DNA of 64,000 nucleotides from an uncultured Pseudomonadota bacterium (GTDB taxonomy: Bacteria; Oederibacteriota; Muellerivitia; Muellerivitales; Muellerivitaceae). Positions 32,487 through 48,700 of the stretch are shown one piece after another. The translations under genes were made by a program, and so were the position numbers. The notes below the pieces were generated by a model. That model had not been told where the DNA came from. It searched no databases and saw only the letters and a list, made by a program, of their open reading frames with translations. The DNA is taken from NCBI GenBank assembly GCA_963843375.1, contig CAWJKT010000009.1:274218-338217 (forward strand). Direction: 5' to 3'. Positions within the stretch are counted from its first letter, which is position 1, and each line of letters starts with the position of its first letter.

Positions 32487-33760
32487 TTAAATCTGAGAGA
32501 CGTCTATGTCCGCGCAAAGGATGTGGGTTTTTCCGGTTTCTTTGTTGGTCAGAACCCCGGTATAGGTGATGCACAGGTTTCCGGAGGCCAGGGAGATGTA
32601 GGGCTCGGTTAAATAGCGGCTGAGGTTGTTATAGGTCATTCCGAAATAATATTCCTTCAAAGAATGGTCGGTTCCCCGGGGAGCGGGTTGGAAAAGGAAT
32701 TGTTTTCGCGCCGAGAATTTCTTGAGATTGCAAATGGTCTCGCTGATTTGAACGCCATCCTGGTTCAAAATGTAGAGGCATTCCAATTGGGGATATTTGG
32801 GAAAGAAGTTCGCCAAGCTTTTTTCGTGGTCGTCCCAGTCCACCTTGTCGAGTTCCTGGAAAATGGAATCGGCGATGGTCTGGCAACGGTTCCGGCAGTT
32901 CTTGTCCTTGTTCATACGTTCCGTCATGATTCGCCGGTAACGGGAAGCCATGAAAACGATGCGGGCTTTCAATCCCAGGGTCGCCGAGTCGTTTTTTTGG
33001 GGTTTTGAAAAATAATTACCCTGCAGCATATCAACCCCCAAATCCAAGGCGGCCAGGGCGTCTTCCTCGTTTTCGATCCCGTCGGCGACAACCAGGATTC
33101 CCAGTTTTTGGGACAGGTTCACCACGGTTCGAATCCCTCGCGTTTGTAGGGATCGTTGGCCATGCCCTGGACGAGAGAGCTTTCCAGTTTGACCACGTCC
33201 GGGTTCAAGTGGAGGACCTGGTTTAACTTATCCCGGCTGTTGTTGATGTCTTCCAGGGCGATCAAAAAATTATTCCCTCTTTGGTTTTCGATGAATCTTT
33301 GAACCGCCATTTTGTCGGCCCCTTCGGATTGGGAGATCTCAATCACGATCGTACTGGGGTCCAGATGATGTTCCTTGACTTTTTTAATTAAATAACCGGA
33401 TCCGACGATGTCAGGGGTCAGGATAGAGGACTCGATGTTGAGGAAAAGAAGCAACCCCGGAATTTTGGATCGGATAAGGGTATAGCTTTCCAGGCTCTTG
33501 TCCCGGAAGAGACGGTCCAAAGCCAGCCGGGGTTCTTTGTCCTCCAAATGCTTGTAAATGTCCTGGGGCTCGATGAGTTTTTGAGTTTCCGTATCCACGC
33601 CCCGGCCCAGCGCTTCCAAGCCGACGACTCCGATTTTTTTAATCGAAACGATGGGCTGAAAAAAGGAAGCGACGCTTTTTTGTTCGATAAGGTCTAAGGG
33701 TTGAATTAAGGGTAGTTCGGGACTTTCCAACGGTTTCTCCGGGAAGGTGAGGTTTTCCAT
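32487..33760 (-). CDS. EAL-domain protein with C-terminal YkuI-like PAS/Cache domain; frameshift near 33122
   Basis: FQPI, EALGR, LFLN, VKL, DGIE, QGNYFSKP; C-terminal TEPYISLASGNLCIT. Confidence 0.85.
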
Positions 33761-34049
33761 GAAATCCTTTCCTATGGGTTTGGCCTTTGAAGATGCAATG
33801 GACGTGCCATTAAAAGCCAAGGAATCTTTGGAATGATTGAAGGTAAACGGTACATCTTTGTTCGTTAAAAAGTTGTTCGTTCTTTTGAATGGTGGGAATT
33901 CCAAACAAATTTAGCGCCGACAAGGGATTTGTCCTCCCGGTTATTTTTAAAAAAGCCGTTGTGGAGGGATTTTGAATCTTTTTACGTGAAAAATAATCCG
34001 TTTAACGAAATTGTATGGTTCCACAAAAGAGAAATGAAAATTAAGAATT

Positions 34050-34730
34050 TTAATGTTTGTTTTTTTGGTCAAATTCGATTTCGCCGTCCTTGAGGCCTAT
34101 CTGCCGTCCGGCCCGAGCCGCGTAATCCGGTTCATGGGTCACCATGAGAACGGTTGTTTTTTGTTCCCGGTTGACCCGCTCAAACAATGAAATCACTTTA
34201 TCCCCGCTGACGGAATCCAGGTTGCCGGTGGGCTCGTCGGCCAAAAGGTATTTGGGGCGCATGATCAGGGCCCGGGCGATCGCCACCCTTTGGCGCTCGC
34301 CCCCGGAAATTTGCCCTGAAAGTTTTTTTCGGATATGTCCGATCTCGAAATCTTCCATCAACTGGACGGCGTATTTTCTGAGTTCCTCATGGCGGTTGGT
34401 TTTGCGGGCGGGGAAAAGGACGTTCTCCTCGCAGTCAAGCTCGGGCAAAAGGTAATGGAACTGGAAAACGAAGCCCATGTTCAGGTTTCGGAAGCGGTGA
34501 AGGGCCTTGGGGGAAAGGATCGTGCGTGTCCTGCCCGTCCAAAAGGAGGGTGCCGGAGGTCAGGGGGTCCAGGGTGCTGAGGGAATAAAGCAAGGTACTC
34601 TTGCCTGAGCCGGAGCGGCCCGGTGATGGCCACGAATTCAGCCGTCGGCGATCTCAAAAGAGAGGCTTTTCAACACCACGGTCGGGGGCTGGCCGAAGGA
34701 CTTGACGATATTTTTGGCGGTGAAGCCCAT
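34050..34730 (-). CDS. ABC transporter ATP-binding protein (LolD/MacB-like); frameshifted
   Basis: GRSGSGKS Walker A, GFVFQ, SGGERQRVAIARAL, ADEPTGNLD. Confidence 0.9.
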
Positions 34731-34731
34731 T

Positions 34732-35981
34732 TTAGCCCCCTTCGCTTCGAAGAATATCAATGGGCGCCATTCGGCTGGCGGCCCGGGCGGGGAGGAAGCC
34801 CGGCGAATAGCCCTGAAAGGAAAGCCAAAAGGAAACCGGACACATAAAAATAGTATGCCACGCGATCAGCATGTGATTGATTCGGGTGATGCTGACCCCG
34901 GCGGAAAAAGTGATGGTTTGGACATAAAGGCAAACCAGGGTACCCAAACCCAGACCTAGGATTCCGCCAATGAACCCAAGGATCAGCCCCTGGGAAAGGA
35001 ACAATTGGATGATGTCCGGGGCTCAAAACCCATCGACCTTAGGATGGCGATCTCTCCCCGTTTTTGCATGACCATCATGTTGAGGATGTTGTAAATGCCG
35101 AAAGCCGCGATCATCAGCACGACGAAACTCAAGATATAGCGGATCATGTCCTGCATCTTGAAAACCTGGAAAAAATTGGCGTTGGCCTCGTCCCAGCTTT
35201 GGACATTCTCCCGGCTCAGGGAAGCCCATTGATCGGCCACTTTTTTGGCCAGGGTGATGTCCTTCAATTTCACGATGATCTGGGAGACCTGGCCCGGGGT
35301 TTGGTTGGCCTGTTGCACATAATGGATGGGGGCGTAGGCGGTGACATCGTCAACCTGGGTCATTCCCGTACTGAAAAACCCGGCCACTTTCGCCGGGATC
35401 ACATCCCCCTTGATGTCGACGATATTCAAGGTGTCGTTGACATGGATCCCCAGTTTTTGGGCCAAGGACTCCCCGATGATGATTTGGAAACCGCCCTTGT
35501 CCAGATCCAGAAAATTCCCCACGGTCATATCGTCTTGGACGTCCGTGGCCTGAACCTGTTTTTCCGCTTCAACCCCGATGAGGGTAATGGTCCGGGTCAG
35601 CTTTCCCCGGTTGACCAAAACCTGGGCGGTGATTTGGGGGGCGTAGGCCAGAACCGTTTCGTCCGCATCCAGGCGGTCGAACCAGCCTTGGGGATATTCC
35701 AGATGGGGCGGCTCGTCGTGGCTAACCGGGGGAACCACCCATTTCACGAGGGTATCGGGGAAGAAATAGGGGTCCAGGGAGTGTTCCTCGATCACCGGTT
35801 CCTCGGCCTTGATGCTGATATGGGCGGTCGTGTTGATGAGCCGTTGGATGAAATATTCCCGAAAGCCCAGCATCATTCCGGAAAGGATAAGGAAGGCCGC
35901 GGTGCCGAAAGTGATTCCCAGCAAAGCCAGGAAGGTTCTGCCGGGTTTCGACAGCAACTGCTTGATGGCCAGGAAAAACAC
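34732..35981 (-). CDS. ABC transporter permease (LolC/E/FtsX-like); frameshifted near 3' end
   Basis: TM1, large periplasmic domain, QKRGEIAILRSMGF, PARAASRMAPIDILR. Confidence 0.88.
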
Positions 35982-35983
35982 GG

Positions 35984-36774
35984 CTATTTACCCGGCAGGA
36001 TAAGCGTATCGCCTGCTTGGATGCTGTTATCCGCCACCTCGGCCCAGGTTCCATCGGTGGCTCCGAGTTTGACGGGGATTTTCTTCGGAATTCCGCCCGC
36101 GCAGGACCGTCACGCTACCTTTATCCACCGCGACGATGGGGATTTGAAGGACATTGTCCTTCGCTGAAACTTGGATGGCCACATCGCAGGTCATTCCCAC
36201 TAAAATTCCTTCTGGCAACCCCGGAACCTCAATATTCACGTAGAATTCACCCTCTTTGGGATAAATGGCGGAAACCGTGCCCTCGAGTTTTTGCCCCCGG
36301 AGACTTTCGAAACTCAGGAAATGACTTTTGGCCGTCGCGTACCGGGATGGCGCCCGATTGCTCCAGCGAAACAACGACATAGGGATTTTTCAGGTCGGTC
36401 AAGGTCAGAACGGACAACTGGGGAAAGATGGTCTCGCCTTCCTTATAAGGAAGGGAGGTGACAACGCCGTCAAAGGGGGCGCGGATCAGGTGATTGTCCA
36501 CAAAAGAAACAAGGGGATCGTCTTTTTTAACCGCGGCCCCTTCATCGATATAAAGCTTTTTCAAGGTGTCCATGACCCCCAGTTTCAGGTCATAAGTGTG
36601 CCGGGCGGTGACGGTGCCGATTCCATAAACCGACTCCACCATGGGACCCAGTTTGGGATGGACTTCATTGGAGATGGATCGAAGCACGGTCACGGCGAAA
36701 CCGCCCCCGAATAAAACCAAAACAGCCAGAAGCGACCAGCCCCAATATTTTTTAATCCAGGTAAGCATTTTCAT
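35984..36774 (-). CDS. Periplasmic adaptor/membrane fusion subunit; frameshifted
   Basis: N-terminal TM, IRAPFDGVV, GMTCDV, IPIVAV. Confidence 0.8.
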
Positions 36775-36897
36775 ATCTCCAAGATTATGGAATCTAACCG
36801 AACGATGAGATGATATAAATCATAAAATAAAGAATATAGCCACCCCGCTTTTCGTCAGTGCTCCCGTTATAATAAGCCGAATTGAACGGAGGTTTTT

Positions 36898-37747
36898 TTG
36901 AATCCCTACTTTTTAATAGGCTTAACCCTGGCGGGTTTGGTGGTATGGACCTCCGGATCCTATTTCTTTTGGCGGATCAGCCGGACCAACAAAGCCCGGT
37001 TTGCCCACCGGGATGTCCAGCCCGCCTACCGCCTGGCGGAACAGTGGCTTTTGGAATCCCAGCGAAAGCTCGAAGACCTCTATAAGAAGTCAGAACAGCC
37101 GCTGGGGACCGCCCAAAATGAGCTTTTGGAATTGCGCCTGGAAGCGGGCCGGTTACCGCAAGGGGTCAAGGGATTGCGGTCGGTCAGGGAATCTATGGCG
37201 GGCGCCTATTAACCTTTGAATCACAAGAAAACCATCTTGGAATTAACCCGGCTTTACTTGGATGAAGGGGATTGCCGGGAGGGTGAAGGGTTCCTTGTTT
37301 TTTTGAAGACTCCCCTTGGGCGAAATGCCCTGCCTGGAGGCGGGGAAATCGGGTAGCCCACTGGGGGACGATGACATGAAAACGGCCTTGGGTTTTTTAA
37401 GCCGGGCTTTAAGCCAAAATCCAGCAACGGGCGGGTTTCTTTATCTGGGAGACGACGGCCAATACCAGTCTTACCTTCAAAAGTCCGAGTGGATGGAAGG
37501 ACTCAAGTCCCAGAGGATAATGGCTATGGATTTTAGGGGTTTTACGGCATTACTTCTTTCCCTTCGATTGGCCAAGGACGCGGAAAATGTCTGGAGGGCC
37601 TTTGAAGAGGGGGTGGAAGCCACTAAAATTTTGCTGGGACAATCCGAAAAAATGAGCGCCGAATTGTCCCGCTTGAGCGCCCACTCCCTGAAAGTTCGAT
37701 CCATTATAGAGGGCGGCATTCCAACCGAAATGACTGAAAAGGAGTAG
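36898..37747 (+). CDS. Membrane-anchored protein, degenerate RmuC-like; internal stop at 37210 and frameshift near 37316
   Basis: N-terminal TM plus coiled coil; GFLYL...RIMAM...FTALLLSLRL resembles the RmuC C-terminal half. Confidence 0.4.
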
Positions 37748-37750
37748 TTC

Positions 37751-38131
37751 GTGAGTTGGAAGGATTGGCTAACCAAGAATCTTTATGTGACGACCCCCCA
37801 GGACCCGGACCCTTTTTTCAGGCCCCGTAAATATTCAAAGGGGAGGGAAGAGGTCGTTAAGGCGGCGTTGGAAGTTATAGGGGGGTTGTCTCGGTGGAAA
37901 GTTGTGGAACACCGGGAAAACCAGGGCCGTATTCGGGCCCATTGCGCCGCCCGGTTCCTGCCTTTTGCGGACGACGTGGACATTTACATCGTCCAAGGTT
38001 TGGATGGCGTGACTAAGTTGGAAATTCTTTCCCGGGCTCAAGGGGGTAAAGGAGACTTCGGCCGGAACAAACGAAACATTCGGGAATTTCTTTCGGCCTT
38101 GGATTACAAGCTTCCACCAACTCCAACTTGA
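37751..38131 (+). CDS. DUF1499-like protein
   Basis: FADDVDI...SR...GKGDFGRNKRNIREFL. Confidence 0.75.
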   Translation: MSWKDWLTKNLYVTTPQDPDPFFRPRKYSKGREEVVKAALEVIGGLSRWKVVEHRENQGRIRAHCAARFLPFADDVDIYIVQGLDGVTKLEILSRAQGGKGDFGRNKRNIREFLSALDYKLPPTPT

Positions 38132-38155
38132 CATCCGGAATGAAACCCGTATAAT
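38128..38155 (+). promoter_or_regulatory. Sigma70 promoter of the pyr operon
   Basis: Exact TTGACA-16 nt-TATAAT. Confidence 0.85.
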
Positions 38156-38170
38156 CCTAAAAGTTGTCCA

Positions 38171-38286
38171 CCTTTAACAGGGCCCTGAGAGGCTCTCAAG
38201 GAATTGACGATGATGTACGCTTGCGCTCGAACTGAAAATCAAGACCCTTTCCTCCAACATTTGGAGCGAAAGGGTTTTTTGTTTTT
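38171..38286 (+). promoter_or_regulatory. PyrR-binding attenuator leader (binding loop plus terminator)
   Basis: CCTTTAA..GGCCCTGAGAGGCT..AAGG resembles the PyrR binding loop; ACCCTTTC..GAAAGGGT-T tract terminator at 38242-38286, directly before pyrR. Confidence 0.85.
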
Positions 38287-38295
38287 CGGGGGGGT

Positions 38296-38844
38296 ATGAG
38301 TCCCAAAATCAAAGCGCTCATCATGGAAGCCCGGGATATTGACCGGGCCCTGACCCGCATCGCTCACGAAATTCTCGAGAGAAACAAGGGGATCCAGGAC
38401 CTGGTTCTCATCGGCATCAAGAGCCGGGGGGAAGTGCTGGCCGAGAGGCTGGCGGCCAAGATCAAGTCCATTGAGGGTACGGCGGTGCCTTTTGGGGCCA
38501 TGGACATCACCTTTTACCGTGATGATGCGGGTACCCATAAACCTGAGAAAGCGCCTACTCCCACCGAGCTTCCTTTTGACGTGAACAAGAAAAAAGTCAT
38601 CCTGGTGGACGACGTGCTTTACACCGGTCGAAGCGCCCGGGCCGCCATCGACCAGATCATCGATTTCGGACGCCCCACATTCATTCAATACGCGGTCTTG
38701 GTGGACCGCGGCCACCGGGAATTCCCCATTCACGCTGATTATGTCGGGAAGAACATTCCGTCCTCCTCCAAAGAGCAGGTGCTGGTTCACGTGAAAGAAA
38801 ATGACGGCAAGGACGAAGTCGTCATCGCGGAGAGTGAATCATGA
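38296..38844 (+). CDS. pyrR: Pyrimidine operon regulator/UPRTase PyrR
   Basis: [32 protein letters not shown]. Confidence 0.97.
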   Translation: MSPKIKALIMEARDIDRALTRIAHEILERNKGIQDLVLIGIKSRGEVLAERLAAKIKSIEGTAVPFGAMDITFYRDDAGTHKPEKAPTPTELPFDVNKKKVILVDDVLYTGRSARAAIDQIIDFGRPTFIQYAVLVDRGHREFPIHADYVGKNIPSSSKEQVLVHVKENDGKDEVVIAESES

Positions 38845-39779
38845 GTTGGAGATCCAAGGATCTTTTAACCCTGGAAGAGCTTTCGGCCGAAGAAATTGTC
38901 CATATCCTGGATACCGCCTCTTCCTTCAAGGAAGTCTCAACCCGATCCGTCAAGAAGGTTCCGGCCTTAAGAGGCCGTACGGTAGTGCTTTTCTTTCACG
39001 AGCCATCCACCCGCACCCGCATCTCCTTCGAGTTGGCGGCCAAAAGATTAAGCGCCGATATTTTGAGCGTCCAAACCTCCTCCTCCTCGCTGGTCAAGGG
39101 CGAGACCCTGATTGACACTTTAAAAACCCTGGAATCCATGACCATCGACGCCCTTGTGGTGCGGCACAAATCCTCCGGGGTGCCCCAGATGCTGGCCAAT
39201 ATCACGAAAGCCACGGTCATCAACGCGGGGGATGGTTCACATGAGCATCCTACCCAGGGATTGCTGGACCTTTTCACCATCCGGGAACATAAAGGAAAGA
39301 TAGAAGGTCTGACGGTCACCATCGTGGGGGATATCACCCATAGCCGGGTGGCCCGATCCAACATCCGGGGGCTTTTGAAACTGGGCGCCAAGGTGCGGGT
39401 TTGCGCCCCGACGACCTTGCTTCCGATGGGCATCGAGAAGATGGGAGTTGAAGTTTTTCACGATCTGGACAAGGCACTGGACGGAAGCGACGTGGTGTAT
39501 GTCCTGAGACTTCAGTTGGAACGGCAAAAAAACAATCTCTTCCCAACGATAAGGGAATACAGCCTTCTTTTTGGGGTGAATAACGAAAGACTCAAGCGTG
39601 CCAAGAAGGATGCCATCGTGATGCATCCGGGCCCCATGAACCGAGGGGTTGAGATTTCATCCGGGGTTGCCGATGGTTCCCAATCGGTCATTGACGACCA
39701 GGTGACCAACGGGGTGGCGGTTCGCATGGCGGTACTTTACTTGCTCCAGGGCGAAAACAAGGAAGGGGTAAACCCATGA
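38841..39779 (+). CDS. pyrB: Aspartate carbamoyltransferase catalytic subunit
   Basis: [22 protein letters not shown]. Confidence 0.97.
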   Translation: MSWRSKDLLTLEELSAEEIVHILDTASSFKEVSTRSVKKVPALRGRTVVLFFHEPSTRTRISFELAAKRLSADILSVQTSSSSLVKGETLIDTLKTLESMTIDALVVRHKSSGVPQMLANITKATVINAGDGSHEHPTQGLLDLFTIREHKGKIEGLTVTIVGDITHSRVARSNIRGLLKLGAKVRVCAPTTLLPMGIEKMGVEVFHDLDKALDGSDVVYVLRLQLERQKNNLFPTIREYSLLFGVNNERLKRAKKDAIVMHPGPMNRGVEISSGVADGSQSVIDDQVTNGVAVRMAVLYLLQGENKEGVNP

Positions 39780-41056
39780 AAACAATCCTGATCCAGGGCG
39801 GCCACCTGGTGGACCCCGCCAACCAAATCGATGGCGAGGCGGATGTCTTCATCAAGGATGGCAAGATTGAAAAGGTGGGCAAGGGATTGAAGGTGAAGGC
39901 GGACCAAACCATCGATGCCAAAGGAAAAATCGTAACGCCTGGTTTGGTGGATATCCACGTTCATTTTCGCGAACCGGGGTTCGAGTATAAGGAAACCATC
40001 GCCACGGGTTCCCACTCGGCGGTGGCGGGCGGGGTTACTTCGGTGGCTTGCATGCCCAACACCAATCCTCCCATCGACGACCAAGCGATTGTCTACTTCA
40101 TCAAGTCAAAAGCCGAAAAGGAAGGCTATTGCCACGTCTATCCCATTGGATGCATATCCAAACGCCGGGAAGGCCAGGAAATGGCCGAGTTGGGTGAATT
40201 GAAAAAAGCCGGGGCGGTTGCCTTGTCCGATGACGGCGCGCCGATTATGAATGCCGAACTCATGCGCCGGGTCATGGAATACGCCAAAATGCTGGACTTG
40301 ACGGTTATCGATCACTGCGAGGATTCGCATCTTTCCAACGAAGGGGTCATGCACGAAGGGGAAGCCTCGACCGCGCTGGGCCTTCGGGGAATTCCTGCCG
40401 CTTCCGAGACGGTCATGGTGGCCCGCAACATCCTCTTGGCCGAGATGACGGGCGCCAAATTCCACGCCGCCCACGTTTCCACCGCCGGGTCGGTGGAGTT
40501 GATCCGTCAGGCCAAGAAAAAGGGTATCAACGTCACCGCCGAAACCTGCCCCCACTATTGGACCCTGTCGGACAAGTCGATCAAGAACTACAACGCCAAC
40601 TTCAAGATGAATCCTCCTTTGAGGGCCGAAGAAGACGTGGCGGCCATAAGAAAAGGCATCAAGGAAGGCGTTATTGACTGTATCTGTACGGATCACGCGC
40701 CCCATGCCTCCACGGAGAAACAATGCGAGTTCGACCAGGCCGCCTTCGGGATTGTGGGGTTGGAAACCCTGTTTCCCCTCACCTATAGCCACTTGGTGGA
40801 ACCGGGAGTTATCTCCTTGTCGAGGGCCGTGGAAATGCTCACGATTTCGGCGGCTAAGATCATTGGAATCCCCAAGGGGACGCTGTCCGAAGGAGCCCAG
40901 GCGGATGTCTCCATTTTCGACGTCAAGGCGGAGAAAAAAGTCGACGTCAAGCAGTTCAAAAGCAAAGGCAAGAACTCCCCCTTCAACGGCTGGAACCTGA
41001 AGGGGTGGGCCGTTACGACGATCGTGAGTGGAGAAGTGAAGTACCAGACGGAATAA
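39776..41056 (+). CDS. pyrC: Dihydroorotase
   Basis: [27 protein letters not shown]. Confidence 0.97.
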   Translation: MKTILIQGGHLVDPANQIDGEADVFIKDGKIEKVGKGLKVKADQTIDAKGKIVTPGLVDIHVHFREPGFEYKETIATGSHSAVAGGVTSVACMPNTNPPIDDQAIVYFIKSKAEKEGYCHVYPIGCISKRREGQEMAELGELKKAGAVALSDDGAPIMNAELMRRVMEYAKMLDLTVIDHCEDSHLSNEGVMHEGEASTALGLRGIPAASETVMVARNILLAEMTGAKFHAAHVSTAGSVELIRQAKKKGINVTAETCPHYWTLSDKSIKNYNANFKMNPPLRAEEDVAAIRKGIKEGVIDCICTDHAPHASTEKQCEFDQAAFGIVGLETLFPLTYSHLVEPGVISLSRAVEMLTISAAKIIGIPKGTLSEGAQADVSIFDVKAEKKVDVKQFKSKGKNSPFNGWNLKGWAVTTIVSGEVKYQTE

Positions 41057-41071
41057 ATATTGGGACTTGGA

Positions 41072-42244
41072 ATGAAATCTAATAAATTGAAAAGGGCGAT
41101 CTTAGCCCTGGAAGATGGGACCTGGTTTGAGGGGCTTTCCTTCGGCGCCGAGGGAAAATCTTTTGGGGAAGTCTGCTTCAACACTTCTATGACGGGCTAT
41201 CAGGAAATTCTCACCGACCCCTCCTACCGGGGCCAGATCGTTACCATGACCTATCCCTTGATTGGCAATTACGGGGTAAATCCTATGGATGTGGAATCCC
41301 GCAAGCCCTTCCTTTCCGGTTTCGTGGTGAAAGAATACTGCAAGCATCCCTCCAACTATCGCATGACCCAGACCTTGTGCGATTACTTGAAGAAAAACAG
41401 CATTATCGGCATCGAAGGCATTGATACCAGGGCGCTGACGTCCCATTTGCGGATCCATGGGGCTAAGAACGGGGTGCTTTCGACCATTGAACTGGATCCC
41501 AAGAAACTCGTCAAACAGGCCAAGGACAGCCCGGGGTTGGTGGGGCGGGACTTGGTAAAGGAAGTCACCTGCGACAAGCCTTACCAATGGACGGAATTGC
41601 CGTACAACATGGACAGGCCGGTGGAAAAGTCTGATATTCAGATGGATTTGGCGGGTCTTGCGCCCCCGGAAAAGCGGATCAAGATCGCGGCGCTGGATTG
41701 CGGCATCAAATACAACATTCTTCGTCGCCTAACCGCCGAGAGTTTTGACGTGACGGTCTTTCCCGCGACTACTAAGGTCGATGCCTTGATGAACAAGGGC
41801 TTCAAAGGGGTTTTTCTTTCCAATGGTCCCGGCGACCCGGAGGCTGTGCCTTACGTGGCTAACACCGTTCGCGACTTGATTGAAAAAAATGTGCCGATTT
41901 TTGGTATCTGCCTTGGGCACCAAATCCTGGGCTTGGCACTCGGGGGGAAAACCTACAAGATGAAATTCGGGCACCGGGGCGGCAATCAGCCGGTGGTGAA
42001 TACCAAAAACTACAAAGTGGAAATCACCAGCCAAAACCACGGTTTCGCCGTGGATCCGAAAAGTCTGGACAAGAGTTTGGTCTACCAGAGCCATATCAAC
42101 TTAAGCGACGACACCAGCGAGGGTATGGCCATGAAACACAAACCGGTTTTCTCGGTGCAGTACCACCCGGAGGCTTCCCCTGGCCCGCATGATTCCAGGT
42201 ATTTGTTTAAGCAGTTCAGGGAAATGATCGAAAAAAATTCTTAG
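41072..42244 (+). CDS. carA: Carbamoyl-phosphate synthase small subunit
   Basis: [35 protein letters not shown]. Confidence 0.97.
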   Translation: MKSNKLKRAILALEDGTWFEGLSFGAEGKSFGEVCFNTSMTGYQEILTDPSYRGQIVTMTYPLIGNYGVNPMDVESRKPFLSGFVVKEYCKHPSNYRMTQTLCDYLKKNSIIGIEGIDTRALTSHLRIHGAKNGVLSTIELDPKKLVKQAKDSPGLVGRDLVKEVTCDKPYQWTELPYNMDRPVEKSDIQMDLAGLAPPEKRIKIAALDCGIKYNILRRLTAESFDVTVFPATTKVDALMNKGFKGVFLSNGPGDPEAVPYVANTVRDLIEKNVPIFGICLGHQILGLALGGKTYKMKFGHRGGNQPVVNTKNYKVEITSQNHGFAVDPKSLDKSLVYQSHINLSDDTSEGMAMKHKPVFSVQYHPEASPGPHDSRYLFKQFREMIEKNS

Positions 42245-42258
42245 GGGTTCTGGGGAAA

Positions 42259-45555
<3,297 letters not shown>

Positions 45556-45784
45556 GGGAATTTCCATTCGTCTTCCCATTGGCTTCGAAAATTTGTTTAT
45601 TCAGGGTTGTGGTTTCCTTCGTCCCTTTTTTCTTGTAAAACCTTTGAAAACAGGCGTTTTTTCGATGAAAGCATTCCAGGCCGAGAGGGTATAATTCCTT
45701 TCATTTATCCGGGAATTTTGAAAAATTCCCATGAAACCTGTTTTGAACCTGCCGTCCTTTGACGAGGCGGCGTGATATTCAAAG

Positions 45785-48700
45785 GTGGTTGTGGTGCAAA
45801 AGTTTTGGCCTCTTTTAAGTTTAGCGCTTCTGTTATGGTGGCCTGATGCCTATGCCGGGGCGGCAGGTAGGCAACAGCTTCAAGGACATGTTCCAAAAGC
45901 CATCGCGACTGCCCCCCGAATCGGCCCTTTAGACCCTTCAGTCCAACTCAAACTGGTTTTAAGCCTTCCCTTGCGTAACCACGCAGAACTCCAGGAACTT
46001 TTAAAACAGCTTTATGATCCTCGAAGCCCCCAGTATCACCATTTTCTCACGCAAGGTCAGTTCGAGGAGAGGTTTGGACCTGCTGAAAAGGACTACCAGG
46101 CCCTTATTTCCTTCGCCCGATCAAACCACCTCAACATCATCGCAACCCGCCCCAGCCATTTGGTGCTGGAAATCCAGGGAAGGGTGGATGAAATCCAAAA
46201 GATATTTCAAGTTCGCTTAGGGCAGTATCAGAGGACGGATGGCAGCCTTTTTTTTGCGCCGGAAAACGAACCGTCCATAGACCTGGATGTTCCGGTTCTT
46301 CACATCAGCGGGTTGGACAATTATCAAAGGCCCCGACCCGCGGTTCATGTAAAAGGCATTCATTCTTGGGCTGCGGGGAATGTCTCTGGAAACGTTTTTC
46401 CATTGGCCCGCAGGACCGCCACTCCAACACCAACCTCCGGTACCGCTACTCCAACCCCAACTCCGGGTACCGGTTCCGCCCCGAGCGGACTTTTCTGGGG
46501 AAAAGACTTCCGAAATGCCTATGTTCCCGGCGTCTGCCTGACTGGAACGGGTCAGTCGGTCGCGTTGGTCGAATTTGAGGGGTACTATGCCAATGATATT
46601 CAAGGTTATGAAAACTTAGCCGGTTTACCCAATGTTACCCTGACGAACGTCCCGCTGAGCGGATTCACCCTGGATACGACCGATTCGGATGGGATCGTCG
46701 AGGTCTCCTTGGATATCGAAATGGCCATCTCCATGGCGCCGGGTTTATCCCAGGTAAGGGTTTATGAGTTGAGCGATACTTCGACAAACGCCGAAGCCGA
46801 CATGTTGCTGGATCAGATCTATTCGGACGGCGCAACTATTTCCATCAATCAGATCAGTTGCTCCTGGACCGGTTTCGGGGATGCGGCCACGTCTAATTAT
46901 TTCGAGGATTTCGCTTCGCGAGGGCAGGCTTTTTTCCAGGCGGCAGGGGATGATGGAGCCTATGTGGAGGGGGATCCGACCCCCACCGTACCCTCCCCCA
47001 TCAACTTAAACTCCAACATCCAGATGACGGTCGTGGGCGGAACAGAGTTGACGATGAACGGAGCGGGCCAATCCTATCTTTCGGAAACGACTTGGAACGC
47101 GCCCTTGAGCGGAGTCACTTACGCGAGCGGCGGGGGTATTTGTTCCGAAGTTTCCATACCCTCTTACCAGCAGACGGTCCCTATGACCGCTAATGGCGGC
47201 TCAACGGTATTGCGAAACATTCCGGATGTTTCCATGGTCGCTGACAATGTTTTTGTCATCGCGGACAATGATTATGTCAGCAATAACAATTACAGTTACT
47301 ACTCGGTTGTTGGCACCAGTTGTGCGGCGCCCCTATGGGCTGGTTTTTATTCCTTGGCTAGTCAGCAAGCGGCGGAAGGTGGCGTGACCCTGGGTTTCGC
47401 CAATCCATTAGTTTATCCCGTTGGACTAGGTGGAAACTACACGTCCGATTTCAACGATATCACGACCGGAAATAACAACCTTGATGGCAATTCCGAGCTC
47501 TATTCAGCCATGACCGGATATGATTTAGCCACCGGATGGGGCTCTCCCAAAGGGCAAAACCTGATTAATGCCCTGACAAATTCGACCCCGGTAGGTTGCA
47601 CAATCACGCCTACCATTACCTTGACACCCACGAACACCCCTAAAAATTCACCTACCCAAACCACGACAAATACGGCCACGAATTCGGCCACCCATAGCCC
47701 GACACCCACAACCACCACCACACCTACATTTACTCCCACCTTTACGGTTAGTGTCACACCTACCTTCACCCCTTCCGCCACTTCAACGGCCTCACCGACC
47801 AATACTCCAAGCAACACTTCGACTAAAACCCCCATTTCCACCCTGACCAACACGATCACGAATACCCCGAGCGGCACCCCTACCATTACTCAAACTAACA
47901 CGTCCTCCTCCACTCCTACGCTTTCCCCGACGGTTACGCCTTCCAATACAGCTACCAGTACGTCCAGCGGGACCCCAACGAACCTTCCTACGGGGACTTC
48001 CACGGATACCCCCACTGAATCCCCCAGCAACACTTTGACCGCCACCCCCATCTTTACGTCGACGAACACGATAACGAATACGCCGAGCGGCACTCTTACG
48101 AGTACTCAAACCAATACATCCACTTCCACACCGACGCTTTCGTCGACCAATACTCCTGTCAACACCCCTACTAATACAGCCAGCGGAACATCGACACCTC
48201 TTCCTACATCCACTTCAACGGTAACGCCCACCAATACTCCCAGCCAAACTTTGACGATCACTCCTATTTCCACGTCGACGAACACGATGACGAATACGCC
48301 GAGTGATACTGCTACAAGTACTCAAACCAACACAGTTTCCTTAACGCAGACCCCTTCACCCACCAATACGACTTCCTTTACGCCCACCAGTACCGCCAGC
48401 GGAACATCCACACCCCTGCCTACCGCCTCGCCGACCGACACTCCAAGCAATACTCTAACTGGTACTCCCATTCCCACGTCCACCGCCACGGTGACAAATA
48501 CACCGAGTAGTACTCCAACGAGCACTCAAACCAACATCGCTTCAGCCACACCAACCCTTTCATCGACGAATTCGCCTTCCAATACGGTTACCAGTACATC
48601 CAGCGGGACTCCCACCAACATTCCTACGCAGACTCCTACGGCCACACCTACTGATACCCCCAGCAGTACTTTGACCCCCACTCCCATTTCTACCTCGACG

